From positions 736,001 to 800,000 of the forward strand of contig CP084167.1 in assembly GCA_021513715.1 (NCBI GenBank): a stretch of 64,000 nt of DNA, read 5' to 3'. The DNA is from Candidatus Heimdallarchaeum endolithica (GTDB lineage Archaea; Asgardarchaeota; Heimdallarchaeia; Heimdallarchaeales; Heimdallarchaeaceae). Below are positions 31,326 through 41,719 of the stretch, piece after piece. Numbering within the stretch: the first letter of the stretch is position 1; each line of letters opens with the position of its first letter. Both the position numbers and the translations under genes were made by a program. A model generated the notes under the pieces. The model searched no databases, was not told the DNA's origin, and saw nothing but the letters and a program-made list of their open reading frames with translations.

Positions 31326-32243
31326 TTGAGATTCCCTTGTGAATATGTTACATCTGAGTTTTTACCTGGATTGAGAATTAGAGTAAGCCATTTGTTACGT
31401 GAAGCAGGATACTCTCAAAATGAAATTGCAGAAAAACTAAGTGTTAAACAACCAGTTGTTGTAAGCTACCTTAAAGCATATGAAAAGAGAATTACTGAAG
31501 GAAAAGAGGACAATTTTCATTTAGACAATTTGGCTAACGAAATAGCTGAAGCAATTTTAGAAGGTAAACCCACATCTTTTTTGATTCGTACCGTTTGTAC
31601 ACGATGTAAATCTCTAAGAGTTGACAGCTTCATTTGTACACAACATAAAAAACTCATTCCTGAGTTAAGCAATATAAAAAACTGTAATTTGTGTATGGGC
31701 TTTCCAGATAAAATGCCTACGATTGAAGAACGTAAACACATTAAAGATGAAATGATAGAGATGTTCAATCTTCTTTCCACATACAAGGATTTTATTAATT
31801 GGATACCAGAAATAGGCTGCCAAATAGCCCATTGTGACGATAGAGCTTTAGAACTAGATGATGTTGCAAGCTTTCCAGGAAGATTAGTAAAAGTAAAGAA
31901 CGAGATAAGAAGATTAAGCGACCCTGAATTTGGTGAATCAAAAACTATGGCTCATCTTCTTATCTGGATAAGAAAATTTCAATCTAATATTAAATGGATT
32001 TTAAGTTTAAAAAACAAACCTAAACTTCAAAAGAAACTCAAAAATCTAGAAATACCTGTTCTTGAAACTCAAGAAATAGACACAAAATGGAAAAAGACAT
32101 TAGGTGATCTTTCAAAAAACCCAGATATTTTTAAATTCAGATTTTTGCTAGATAAAGGGGGAAAGGGATACGAACCTATAGCCTACATCTTTGCTGAAAA
32201 TAAAAATGAACTTGAAGCACTTCTAAATAAGGTTTTAGAGTAA
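31326..32243 (+). CDS. thiR: ThiR-like regulator (HTH + thiamine-phosphate synthase ThiN domain)
   Basis: MRFPCE...GYSQNEIAEKL.VKQP.V.SYL HTH; Cys/His cluster; IPEIGCQIA, DVASFPGRLVKV, PEFGES, DKGGKGYEP. Confidence 0.8.
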   Translation: MRFPCEYVTSEFLPGLRIRVSHLLREAGYSQNEIAEKLSVKQPVVVSYLKAYEKRITEGKEDNFHLDNLANEIAEAILEGKPTSFLIRTVCTRCKSLRVDSFICTQHKKLIPELSNIKNCNLCMGFPDKMPTIEERKHIKDEMIEMFNLLSTYKDFINWIPEIGCQIAHCDDRALELDDVASFPGRLVKVKNEIRRLSDPEFGESKTMAHLLIWIRKFQSNIKWILSLKNKPKLQKKLKNLEIPVLETQEIDTKWKKTLGDLSKNPDIFKFRFLLDKGGKGYEPIAYIFAENKNELEALLNKVLE

Positions 32244-32456
32244 CAAAAAGAAGTTCAAGTAGACAATTCTTCTTTTTCATCTTTTTCTTTATTAGCTAAT
32301 TGAAACATTAAATAGACACTAGACCCAATTATTACAATGATGAGTAAAAACAAGAAACTCCATAATATTGTAGAAATCATTAAATCAATTTTAATACTCT
32401 GTTTATAAAGATTCTTAAAAAACGTTATTATATCTAAAAAAGTTAGCTTTTTGCAT

Positions 32457-33101
32457 ATGGAAGTTGAAATCATTAAAGTAAAGGAGAAACTTGCAGATAA
32501 TGAATTAATACAAGCAATTAGATATTTAGAGCAAGAAAAAACAGTTGTTTTTCCAACTGACACAGTTTATGGTATAGGAGCAGATCTTTTCAAAGAAAAA
32601 GCTGTAAAAAACTTATTCGAAATCAAAAAACGCCCACTGGATAAACCAATTAATGCATTAGTTTCTTCAATGAAACAAGTAGAAATGATAGTAGAAAATA
32701 TTCCTGATTCAGCAATAAAATTGATAAAAGAATTCTGGCCAGGTGGCCTAACTATAATCTTAAAGAAAAAAGATATTGTTCCAGATATTGTCACTGCAGG
32801 AAGAGAAACAATTGGTGTTAGAAAACCCAATAATGAAATTATTCTTCAGATACTTGAAAAATTTGGAAAACCTCTTGCAGCTACTAGTGCCAATATTTCA
32901 GGTTTATCGAGTCCAATAACTGCAAAAGAAGTACTAGAACAACTAGGAGAAAAAAGTTATCTACTTATTGATGGAGGAAAAACAATAGAAAAACAACCTT
33001 CGACTATTATTGATTTATCTTCGAAAAAACCTCAAATTCTTCGTAAAGGAAGTGTAAGTGTAGAAAAAATAAAGGAGATATTACCTTCTATTATAGAATG
33101 A
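32457..33101 (+). CDS. tsaC: L-threonylcarbamoyladenylate synthase (Sua5/TsaC, short form)
   Basis: FPTDTVYGIG, KKRP..KP, FWPGGLT, ATSANISG, PSTII. Confidence 0.95.
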   Translation: MEVEIIKVKEKLADNELIQAIRYLEQEKTVVFPTDTVYGIGADLFKEKAVKNLFEIKKRPLDKPINALVSSMKQVEMIVENIPDSAIKLIKEFWPGGLTIILKKKDIVPDIVTAGRETIGVRKPNNEIILQILEKFGKPLAATSANISGLSSPITAKEVLEQLGEKSYLLIDGGKTIEKQPSTIIDLSSKKPQILRKGSVSVEKIKEILPSIIE

Positions 33102-33141
33102 ATTTATAAATGAAAAAGATAATAATATAGCTTGAATTAAG

Positions 33142-33810
33142 ATGACATCAAGTGAGAAAGAGAAAGTAACAACTATTTTTTGGGATGTTGACACACAGAG
33201 AGACTTTATAGAACCAAATGGAAAACTATATATAAAAAATGCAGAATTGATCAAGCCAAATTTAGAAAAGTTAACACAATATTCAAGAATGGCAGGAATT
33301 AGAGTACTAGGCTCTGTAGACTGGCATGTTATCGGTGATGAAGAGATAGTAGAAAATCCAGAAGAAGCAGATTATGAGAAACATTATCCTCCTCATTGTT
33401 TGAAGGGTGATCCAGGCTCAGAAAAGATAATGGAAACTCGATCAGACACAGCTATTTTTGTAGACTATATTCCTTATAATGAAGAAAGAATAAATGAAAT
33501 AGTAAACAGTAACGCACCGATTTATTTCAGAAAAAAAGAGTTTGATGTTTTCACAAACCCTAACGTATTACCAATCTTGAATAAGATTAACCCCAAAAAA
33601 ATTGTGGTTTACGGTGTTGCAGCAGATGTGTGTGTCAAATATGCAATAGATGGTCTTGCAATGAGAGGTAACGCAGAAATCTATCTTGTTATTGATGCAA
33701 TAGAAGGAATAAACGAAATAGAAACAAAAAGACTAGTTCATGCATGGCAAGTAGTTGGAGTGATACCGATTACAACAGAACAAGTTCTAAAAGGAAATTG
33801 GATTAAATAA
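33142..33810 (+). CDS. Nicotinamidase/isochorismatase-family cysteine hydrolase
   Basis: DVDTQRDF, DWH, PPHC, GVAADVCV. Confidence 0.85.
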   Translation: MTSSEKEKVTTIFWDVDTQRDFIEPNGKLYIKNAELIKPNLEKLTQYSRMAGIRVLGSVDWHVIGDEEIVENPEEADYEKHYPPHCLKGDPGSEKIMETRSDTAIFVDYIPYNEERINEIVNSNAPIYFRKKEFDVFTNPNVLPILNKINPKKIVVYGVAADVCVKYAIDGLAMRGNAEIYLVIDAIEGINEIETKRLVHAWQVVGVIPITTEQVLKGNWIK

Positions 33811-33953
33811 TTTGAAATATTTCACTTTTTTGAAAAAATTCTATAAAAACTATATTTAGTTTACTTTTTTCTCAAAATACCAAAACTAACATTTCAAGGT
33901 ATGCTAGTATGTTCTATTTTCAATGAAGTTTTAAATTATAAAAAAAAATCATT

Positions 33954-35969
33954 CTATTTTTTTCTCTGAATGTAAACCATAGAGAGGGATAGTAAACTTA
34001 GCAATAACACAGAAAAAGCCCATCTTGACCCCAATGGGAATGTTGATGATGTATTAGGGCTAGTCTCTGTAGGAGTAGTCTCTGTAGGAGTAGTCTCAGT
34101 AGGAGTAGTCTCAGTAGGAGTAGTCTCAGTAGGAGTAGTCTCAGTAGGAGTAGTCTCAGTAGGAGTAGTCTCAGTAGGAGTAGTCTCAGTAGGAGTAGTC
34201 TCAGTAGGAGTAGTCTCAGTAGAAGTAGTCTCAGTAGGAGTAGTCTCAGTAGGAGTAGTCTCAGTAGAAGTAGTCTCAGTAGAAGTTTCTGTTGTAGTTT
34301 CATACTCTAGATTATATCCTGCTTGTTCCATTAATTGTCTAGCAAGTTCAATATCATAACTATAAGGTTGAAGAGTTTTGTCAAAACCTATACACCCATC
34401 TGGCATAGGAGAAACTCCTTGCAATCCGAGTCCATCTAAGATTTCATTAACTATGTATTCTCTAGGAACAATATGACTAATAGCTTTTCTGATACAACGT
34501 GCTGCTTCTGCAGTTCCTAGAGGAGTGAGTTCACCTGTACCAATTATAGGATGAAGCATATTTATAGCCATTTCTTGTTCTATTAAGGATTTTGTAAAAA
34601 CCAGATTTGCCTTAACTCCAGTATAATCAGATTCAACTGCACCATATCTAGAATCTACTATATCAACTGCTCCACCTGAAAGAGAATTAATAGCTGTTTC
34701 TTTATCATTAACATAAATGAAGAATAAAGCATCTAGTAAATCATCAGTTGTTATAGCCCAATAAGGATTGGGGTACAATGTAACAGCATCATCATTAAAG
34801 TCATTTACATCTAACATAAATGGACCACAACTAGTTAATAAAGCTTGATCTAAAACTCCCATATCATAGCCATTTATGGCAATGTAATTTTGGACTAAGT
34901 TCTTGTTGATTATATCAAGACTTAAGAGATTTAAAGCTAAGGAATAAGGTTGACTTAAAGTAAATTGAACAGTGTCATCATCTAAAGCCACAATAGAATC
35001 ATTATTCTCAAAGTAGGTTGTTAAATAATCATAATGTCTTGATTTAACTGAAGGTGTCATGTGTAGCTCATAAGTATAATCAACATCATAAGCAGTTACA
35101 GGATCTCCATTACTGAAATAAGCATTAGGATTAATGTCAACAGTAAAGGTTAAGTTATCGTCAGAGATACTGTAACTTTGGGCAATAACTGGTTCCAGTA
35201 AATGGTCGCTTTGATTTCGTTCAAATAAACCATAATAAACACAATTCATCCATAAGCCATCATAATCCGATTCTTGAACAAAGATATTATATTCTGAAAA
35301 TAGAGCTGGTTCAGCATAAGTAATATTGTTTTTCATTGAATTTCTCCATTTTTCTGCTCGATGATTATTCATTTGGACTAACTGAGTGTCTATTCCACTA
35401 ATTGAACTATCTAATCCAAAAAGGCATCCAGGATAAACAATAGAAATGGCAGGTAAATCTTGATAAAGGATAGCTTGCATTTCTTTTCCTATAGCAATAT
35501 GATCAATTTCATCAATTTCAGTATTGTATCTAGCTACTTTTGAGTCATAGGTAAGATTACTATATTGGTACATATTGACTCCAGCAGGAACAATACCACC
35601 TGTATCAAAAAGACCTAAGGGTTCCCAGTCAAAGAACCATGTCCAACCAACAAAAAAGATATCATAACCACCTTCTTCATATGTTGGAATATGATCATAA
35701 TATCCTTCTTCACCCACAGGATAAGAAAATGTACGAGGAAAAATATTTGACCAAGTAGTGGATTCATGATAAGATATTCCTATACCTATTTTTGGAAATT
35801 GTTCTTCCATTAATAGAGCCCATTCATTTCTTTCTGGGACGGTGTTTGGTGATAATAAATTCAAATAAAAAACAGGAATTGGATTTTCACTTGTACTTTG
35901 AGGAACATAAGTAGAAACAAAACTGAAACAGAGTATAATTGAGATTGAGATTAAAAATTTAATTTTCAT
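33954..35969 (-). CDS. Family-5 ABC solute-binding protein (circularly permuted) with Thr-rich stalk and C-terminal TM anchor
   Basis: Signal peptide; FSNGDPVTAYDV, IRKAISH, YDIELARQLMEQAGY; (TETTP)n stalk; C-terminal hydrophobic helix + RKK. Confidence 0.85.
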   Translation of the reverse strand: MKIKFLISISIILCFSFVSTYVPQSTSENPIPVFYLNLLSPNTVPERNEWALLMEEQFPKIGIGISYHESTTWSNIFPRTFSYPVGEEGYYDHIPTYEEGGYDIFFVGWTWFFDWEPLGLFDTGGIVPAGVNMYQYSNLTYDSKVARYNTEIDEIDHIAIGKEMQAILYQDLPAISIVYPGCLFGLDSSISGIDTQLVQMNNHRAEKWRNSMKNNITYAEPALFSEYNIFVQESDYDGLWMNCVYYGLFERNQSDHLLEPVIAQSYSISDDNLTFTVDINPNAYFSNGDPVTAYDVDYTYELHMTPSVKSRHYDYLTTYFENNDSIVALDDDTVQFTLSQPYSLALNLLSLDIINKNLVQNYIAINGYDMGVLDQALLTSCGPFMLDVNDFNDDAVTLYPNPYWAITTDDLLDALFFIYVNDKETAINSLSGGAVDIVDSRYGAVESDYTGVKANLVFTKSLIEQEMAINMLHPIIGTGELTPLGTAEAARCIRKAISHIVPREYIVNEILDGLGLQGVSPMPDGCIGFDKTLQPYSYDIELARQLMEQAGYNLEYETTTETSTETTSTETTPTETTPTETTSTETTPTETTPTETTPTETTPTETTPTETTPTETTPTETTPTETTPTETTPTETSPNTSSTFPLGSRWAFSVLLLSLLSLSMVYIQRKK
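34061..34290. repeat. 15-bp tandem repeat (~15 copies) encoding TETTP/TETTS
   Basis: GTAGTCTCAGTAGGA unit with few variants (CTCTGT, AGAAG). Confidence 0.95.
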
Positions 35970-36180
35970 GTAATCAACTCTTTTATACAGCTTAAATTAA
36001 AGTAAAAGAAGTATTTTAATATTAGTACAACTTTCAAGTTTTTATTGGTGAATTAACAAATGTAATGATAAAGTAGCTAAATAAAGATACTAAAAAATAA
36101 CATGCTAACAAAAAAATTATACCTAAATCTAGGAAGTCACAAACATATAAGAAGCATTATAAAAAAAATAAAAGATTGGA

Positions 36181-38022
36181 TTATCTTTTTCTTGAATTAT
36201 AGACAATAGATGAACATACTAAACTAAGCAAGAATAAAGGGATAACCCACTTAAAATCTAAACTAAATGTTAAGTTTGGATTAGCATTTGTTTCTGTTGG
36301 ATTAGATGTATAAGATGTAACTGATGAGGATGATCCAGTAGTGTTGAGATATTCTGAAGAATAACCAGCTTGTTCTATTAATTGTTTAGCGAGAACAAGA
36401 TCATAATTATAAGGTTTTAGAGTGTTATCAAAACCTACACATCCATCAGGCATAGGTGAGACGCCAGGAGCTCCAACCCCTTCCAAAATCTCATCTACTA
36501 TTGTCTCTCTAGGAACAGCATGGCTTATGGCTTTTCTAATTAACTTTGCTGCATCTGCTGTACCTAAAGGAGTGAGTTCTCCTGTTCCTATGATAGGATG
36601 AAGCATATTAACTGCCATTTCTTGTTGTGATAAATATTTTGTATTTAGTACAAGAGCATCAATACCTTCGAAATCTGATTCAACAGGAGAATATTGAGCA
36701 TCAACAATATCTACTGTTCCATCAGCGAGAGCACCAATTGCTGAGTCTTTTTCAGCAATAAATGTGAATATCAAACTATCTAGTAAATCATCATCTGTTA
36801 TAGTCCAATAAGGATTGGAATGTAAAGTAACAGTACTAGAAGTTGTATCAAAATCATCTATATCTAACATAAATGGACCACAACTAGTTACTAATGCTTG
36901 ATCTAGAGCATTCATATCATAACCATACGTACTTATATAATTTTGAACCAAATTCTTGTTAATTATCCCATAACTCAACAGATTTAAAGCAAAAGCATAT
37001 GGTTCTTTAAAATTAAATTGAATAGTATCGTCATCTAAAGCCACAATAGAATCGTTGTTGTCAAAGAAGGTTGTTAAATAACCATAAGAACTGGATGCAA
37101 CTGCAGGAGTCATGTGTAACTCATAAGTGTAGTCAACATCATAAGCGGTAACTTTGTCTCCATTACTGAAATAAGCATCATGATTAATGTCAACAGTAAA
37201 GGCCATTTTATCTTCTGAAATAGAATAGTTTTTTGCAATAACAGGCTCCATTAAATGAGTATCCGGATTTCGTTCAAATAAACCATAATAAACACAACTC
37301 ATCCATTTTCCATCATAGTATGATTCTTGAACAAAGGTATTATATTCTGTAAACTCTGCAGGTTGAACATAAGTTATACTATCTTTCACCGAATTTCTCC
37401 ATTTTTCTGCACGATGCTCATTTTTAGATAATAGTAGTGAATCAACTCCACTTATGGATTTAGACAATCCATAAATCTGTCTTCCATAAACAATTGAAAT
37501 TGAAGGTAGATCTTCATAAAGGATAGCTTGTAATTCTTTAGCTCTAGCGATACGAACTGTATCATTAAGTTCAGTAATGTATTCTCCAAGTTTTTCATCA
37601 AAAACATGATTGCAATATTGGTACATATTGTCACCGTAAGGAACAATACTGGGTGAAGCAAAAAGATTACTTGGATCCCAGTCTAACCCCCAACTCCAAC
37701 CTACAAAAAGTATGTCATAACCTCCTTCTTCATATGTTGGGATATGATCATAATAACCTTCTTCACCAACAGGATATGACCATACACGAGGCATAATATT
37801 TCCCCAACCAGTAGATTCGTGATAAGCTATTCCAACACCTATTTTTGATAGTTGTTCTTCGATCAACGAAGCCCATTCATTTCTTTCTAGCAGTGTATTT
37901 GGTGATAATAAACTAATGTAGAAATATGGAGTAGTTTCGTCACTATTACTTTGAGGAATATAAGTAGAAGCAAAACTAAAACAGAGTATTATTAAAATAG
38001 AGATAATGAACTTTATTTTCAT
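36181..38022 (-). CDS. Family-5 ABC solute-binding protein paralog 2
   Basis: Colinear, highly similar to 33954..35969; short Ser/Thr linker. Confidence 0.85.
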   Translation of the reverse strand: MKIKFIISILIILCFSFASTYIPQSNSDETTPYFYISLLSPNTLLERNEWASLIEEQLSKIGVGIAYHESTGWGNIMPRVWSYPVGEEGYYDHIPTYEEGGYDILFVGWSWGLDWDPSNLFASPSIVPYGDNMYQYCNHVFDEKLGEYITELNDTVRIARAKELQAILYEDLPSISIVYGRQIYGLSKSISGVDSLLLSKNEHRAEKWRNSVKDSITYVQPAEFTEYNTFVQESYYDGKWMSCVYYGLFERNPDTHLMEPVIAKNYSISEDKMAFTVDINHDAYFSNGDKVTAYDVDYTYELHMTPAVASSSYGYLTTFFDNNDSIVALDDDTIQFNFKEPYAFALNLLSYGIINKNLVQNYISTYGYDMNALDQALVTSCGPFMLDIDDFDTTSSTVTLHSNPYWTITDDDLLDSLIFTFIAEKDSAIGALADGTVDIVDAQYSPVESDFEGIDALVLNTKYLSQQEMAVNMLHPIIGTGELTPLGTADAAKLIRKAISHAVPRETIVDEILEGVGAPGVSPMPDGCVGFDNTLKPYNYDLVLAKQLIEQAGYSSEYLNTTGSSSSVTSYTSNPTETNANPNLTFSLDFKWVIPLFLLSLVCSSIVYNSRKR

Positions 38023-38252
38023 GTTATCAACTCTTTTTTTTTAATTAAGTTGAAATAACTATTTTAATGTTTTTACTAGTTATTAATATTTTTTAATTTA
38101 TTATTATAAATGATAAAACATATCAAGATATTTATAATTCATTAGATTATGAGAACTGAAATGCAAAAAGAGTCTATAAATAAGTATATGCAATAATCTC
38201 TAAGGTATAATCATAACTGAAATCTCAATATAAATTCTGATAAAAAATGAAA

Positions 38253-38296
38253 AATTGTAATTAGAAGAATTGTAATTAAAAGAATTATAATTAAAG
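38253..38296. repeat. Three tandem ~15-bp AT-rich repeats between SBP paralogs
   Basis: AATTGTAATTAGAAG / AATTGTAATTAAAAG / AATTATAATTAAAG. Confidence 0.6.
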
Positions 38297-38299
38297 TTT

Positions 38300-40111
38300 T
38301 TAGATGCCCTTTCTTTCTTTTCTTTTGTTAATTATAGAGACTGATATTACACAAATCAAAAGAACAGAAAGAGTAGAACCTATATCATAGGCTGTTGAAC
38401 TTATATTATCTGTATTTTCACTTGACATTGTTGTATTATATTCTAAATTATAACCTGCTAGTTCCATAAATTGTCTAGCAAGATAAATATCATAGATATA
38501 AGGCTCAAGACTGGCATCAAAACCAATACAGCCTTCAGGCATAGGTGAAACACCTTGTGCTCCAAGCCCTTCTAAAATCTCTTCAACTATAATTTCTCGA
38601 GGGACAGCATGACTGATAGCTTTTCTAATTAACTTTGCTGCGTCTGCAGTGCCTAGAGGAGTGAGTTCTCCTGTACCAATTATAGGATGACGCATATTGA
38701 TTGCCATTTCTTGTGTAGATGTTAGTTTTGTAATGACCATATTAACATCGATTCCCTCAAAATCTGATAGATGAAATGCATATTTAGCATCAACAATGTC
38801 AACTGACCCTCTTTTGAGAGCATCAATTGCCATGCTTTTAGATGGAATATAAGTGAATATTAAACTATCCAGTAAATCATCATCTGTTAAGGTCCAATAA
38901 GGGTTAGAGTGAAGGATTACTGTACTAGAAGTGATATTATAATCGCTTACATTGAGCATATATGGACCACAACTTGTTACTAAAGCTTGATCTAAAACAT
39001 TCAAGTTATAACCATTTGAATCGATGTAATTTTGGACTAGATTCTTGTTAATTATACCATAACTCAATAAACTTAAGCTAAAAGCATATCTTTTTTTGAA
39101 AGTAAACTGAATAGTATCTTCATCTAAAGCTTTGATAGATTCGTTATTTTCAAAGTAAGTCGTTAAGTATTCATATAATATGGAATCAACAGCAGGGGTC
39201 ATGTACAACTTATAAGTATAGTCAACATCATAAGCAGTTACAGGTTCTCCATTACTAAAGTAAGCATTAGGCTTAACATCCACTGTAATGGTTAATTTAT
39301 CCTCTGAAACACTATAATTCTTTGCTATAACTGGCTCCATCAAATGTTTATTTTGACTACGTTCAAAAAGTCCATAATAAACACAACTCATCCATAGAGC
39401 ATCATAATACGATTCTTGAACAAAGATGTTATATTCATCTAATTCTGCTGGTTGAGCATAAGAAATATTGTTCCTTAATGAATTTCTCCAATTTTCAGCT
39501 CGATGAGCACTATCACTTAACAAGAGTGTATCAATTCCACTAGTTGATTTATTCAACGCATATATCTCTCTTGGATACAATATTGTTATAGCAGGTAAAT
39601 CATCATAAAGAATAGCTTGCAGTTCCTCACCTTTTGCAATACGTGCATTCTCATCAAGTTCTGTGATATATTCTTCAAGTTTTTTATCAAATTCTGGATT
39701 GTTGTATTGATACATATTGTCTCCAGCAGGAACAATACTAGCTGAATCAAAACACCATGTTGGATCCCAGTCTAATAACCAATTCCAACCTATAAAGAGT
39801 ATATCATAACCTCCTTCTTCGTATGTTGGGATATGATCATAATATCCTTCTTCACCAACAGGATATGACCACACACGAGGCATAATATTTCCCCACCCTG
39901 TGGCTTCATGTCGAGCTATTCCAATTCCAATTTTTGGTAACTCTTCTTCCATTAGAAATGACCATTGATTTCTTTGAGTACAAGTTATCGGTGACAGTAA
40001 AGTAATATAAAATAAAGGTAGAGGGTCTTCATTTGCTTGTTGAGGAATAGAACTAGTTAAAAAAGTAAAACAGAGAGCTATTGAGAAAAAAACTATTTTT
40101 CTCTTTCTCAT
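38300..40111 (-). CDS. Family-5 ABC solute-binding protein paralog 3
   Basis: Colinear with the other two; start placed at ATG 40111 (MRKRK, SD AAGGAGA) rather than ORF-track 40219. Confidence 0.85.
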   Translation of the reverse strand: MRKRKIVFFSIALCFTFLTSSIPQQANEDPLPLFYITLLSPITCTQRNQWSFLMEEELPKIGIGIARHEATGWGNIMPRVWSYPVGEEGYYDHIPTYEEGGYDILFIGWNWLLDWDPTWCFDSASIVPAGDNMYQYNNPEFDKKLEEYITELDENARIAKGEELQAILYDDLPAITILYPREIYALNKSTSGIDTLLLSDSAHRAENWRNSLRNNISYAQPAELDEYNIFVQESYYDALWMSCVYYGLFERSQNKHLMEPVIAKNYSVSEDKLTITVDVKPNAYFSNGEPVTAYDVDYTYKLYMTPAVDSILYEYLTTYFENNESIKALDEDTIQFTFKKRYAFSLSLLSYGIINKNLVQNYIDSNGYNLNVLDQALVTSCGPYMLNVSDYNITSSTVILHSNPYWTLTDDDLLDSLIFTYIPSKSMAIDALKRGSVDIVDAKYAFHLSDFEGIDVNMVITKLTSTQEMAINMRHPIIGTGELTPLGTADAAKLIRKAISHAVPREIIVEEILEGLGAQGVSPMPEGCIGFDASLEPYIYDIYLARQFMELAGYNLEYNTTMSSENTDNISSTAYDIGSTLSVLLICVISVSIINKRKERKGI

Positions 40112-40273
40112 ACTAATCTCCTTACTTAATAAAAATAAGTAAAAAAACAATATAAGTATTCTCTTTTCTAATTCTATTAATCTTTGATTTTTATATTTCT
40201 GATTTAGAATAAAAAACACTACTGTTTTTCGTTTCCGAAATCTTTTAAATGTGCATAACTCTTTTTTTACAGA

Positions 40274-41716
40274 ATGGAAGATATAATAAATTTTGCATTA
40301 AAGAAAGCAGAATCTAAGAATGTTAATTTTGCTGAAGTTAGAATCTTTGGTTATGACAGTGAAGTGATAGCCTTAAGAAATAGTGAAATTGACCAAATAG
40401 GAAGAGCTTACAATACAGGTTATGGTGTAAGAGTAATTAAAAATGGTGCTTGGGGTTTTGCTAGCTCTGCAGATATAAGTAAAGAAACAATAGATGAAGT
40501 AGTAAATAATGCAATTAAGGAAGCTGAAGCTACAAGTAAAGTAATTAAAAGACCAGTAGAGTTGTCAGAGGAACCAATAATAAAAGATCACTATAAAACT
40601 CCTTTCAAGATTGACCCTTTTGAAGTTGATTTTGAAGAAAAATTAGAGATCTTGAAAAAAGCTGATGAAATAATTGCAGAGAAAGGTGATGTAATTAAAG
40701 TAAGGCAAACAAATATGAGTTTTTATAAAGTATATCTAAATTATGGAAACACTGATGGAACTAGAATAGAACAAGAAGAACTTTTTACAGGTGCAGGTGT
40801 CTCAGCAACTGCAATTGCTAATGATAACCAGAGAAGAGAGATTAAACTTTATGAGATGAGAGGATTTGAATATATTGATATGTATAACTTTGAAGAGAAA
40901 GCAGAGAAAGTTGCTCAAGAAGCAATAGTTCTTGCTACTGAAGCAGTTGCTCCTAAACAGCAAAAAACTGCTTTTATCTTGGAACCCTTTCAACTAGGAT
41001 TAACTATTCATGAAAGTTGTGGTCACCCAACAGAACTAGACAGAGTATTAGGTTGGGAAGCTGATTTTGCTGGAACAAGTTTTCTTACTTTAGAAAAACT
41101 TGGCAAAAACTATCAATATGGTTCTGAAAAGGTTAATCTTGTCAACGACCCCACAATTCCTTATGTTTTAGGACATGAAAAATATGATCATGAAGGAGTA
41201 GAAACAAAAAGATTCTATGTAGTTAAAAACGGTATTTTCAACGATTACCAAACAGATAGGCAAACAGCTAAAATTATTGGAAAAGAACACAGTAATGGAA
41301 ATGCAAGAATTGCAAGATATAATCGAGTACCTCTTGTTAGAATGAGTAACTTGTATCTTGAAGCTGATTCTGAAGGACCAAAGGATATTGATGAATTAAT
41401 TGCTGAAACTAAAGAAGGAATCTATGGAATTAATTGGAAAAGTCATTCTATTGATGATAAAAGAACTAATTTTCAGTTTAGTGTTCAATTAGCTTATGAA
41501 ATAAAGAATGGAGAGTTAGGAAGACCTCTAAAAAACACTATCTATCAAGCAGTTACTCCAGAATTCTGGGGAGGTCTTGATTTAATGACTAAAGAATGGA
41601 GAATCGAAGGTCTTGGACCAAGCTGTGGTAAAGGAGCTCCTCACACGCAAGCAATGTGGGTAAGTCATGGAGGACCTTATGCTCGTTTCCAAGGAGTGAA
41701 TATCTTTTCAGGATAA
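40274..41716 (+). CDS. tldD: TldD metalloprotease
   Basis: GYGVRV..NGAWGFAS, IHESCGHPTELDR, GNAR, RMSN, SCGKG, VSHGGP. Confidence 0.9.
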   Translation: MEDIINFALKKAESKNVNFAEVRIFGYDSEVIALRNSEIDQIGRAYNTGYGVRVIKNGAWGFASSADISKETIDEVVNNAIKEAEATSKVIKRPVELSEEPIIKDHYKTPFKIDPFEVDFEEKLEILKKADEIIAEKGDVIKVRQTNMSFYKVYLNYGNTDGTRIEQEELFTGAGVSATAIANDNQRREIKLYEMRGFEYIDMYNFEEKAEKVAQEAIVLATEAVAPKQQKTAFILEPFQLGLTIHESCGHPTELDRVLGWEADFAGTSFLTLEKLGKNYQYGSEKVNLVNDPTIPYVLGHEKYDHEGVETKRFYVVKNGIFNDYQTDRQTAKIIGKEHSNGNARIARYNRVPLVRMSNLYLEADSEGPKDIDELIAETKEGIYGINWKSHSIDDKRTNFQFSVQLAYEIKNGELGRPLKNTIYQAVTPEFWGGLDLMTKEWRIEGLGPSCGKGAPHTQAMWVSHGGPYARFQGVNIFSG

Positions 41717-41719
41717 AAG

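Noticed and set aside
32255-32563. 102-aa minus-strand ORF
   Set aside because: Overlaps tsaC on the opposite strand; at most a ~40-aa hydrophobic peptide, unsupported.
33998-34303. 101-aa (LRLLL)n ORF; also considered as a CRISPR-like array
   Set aside because: Alternative frame of the 15-bp TETTP coding repeat; units are contiguous with no spacers.
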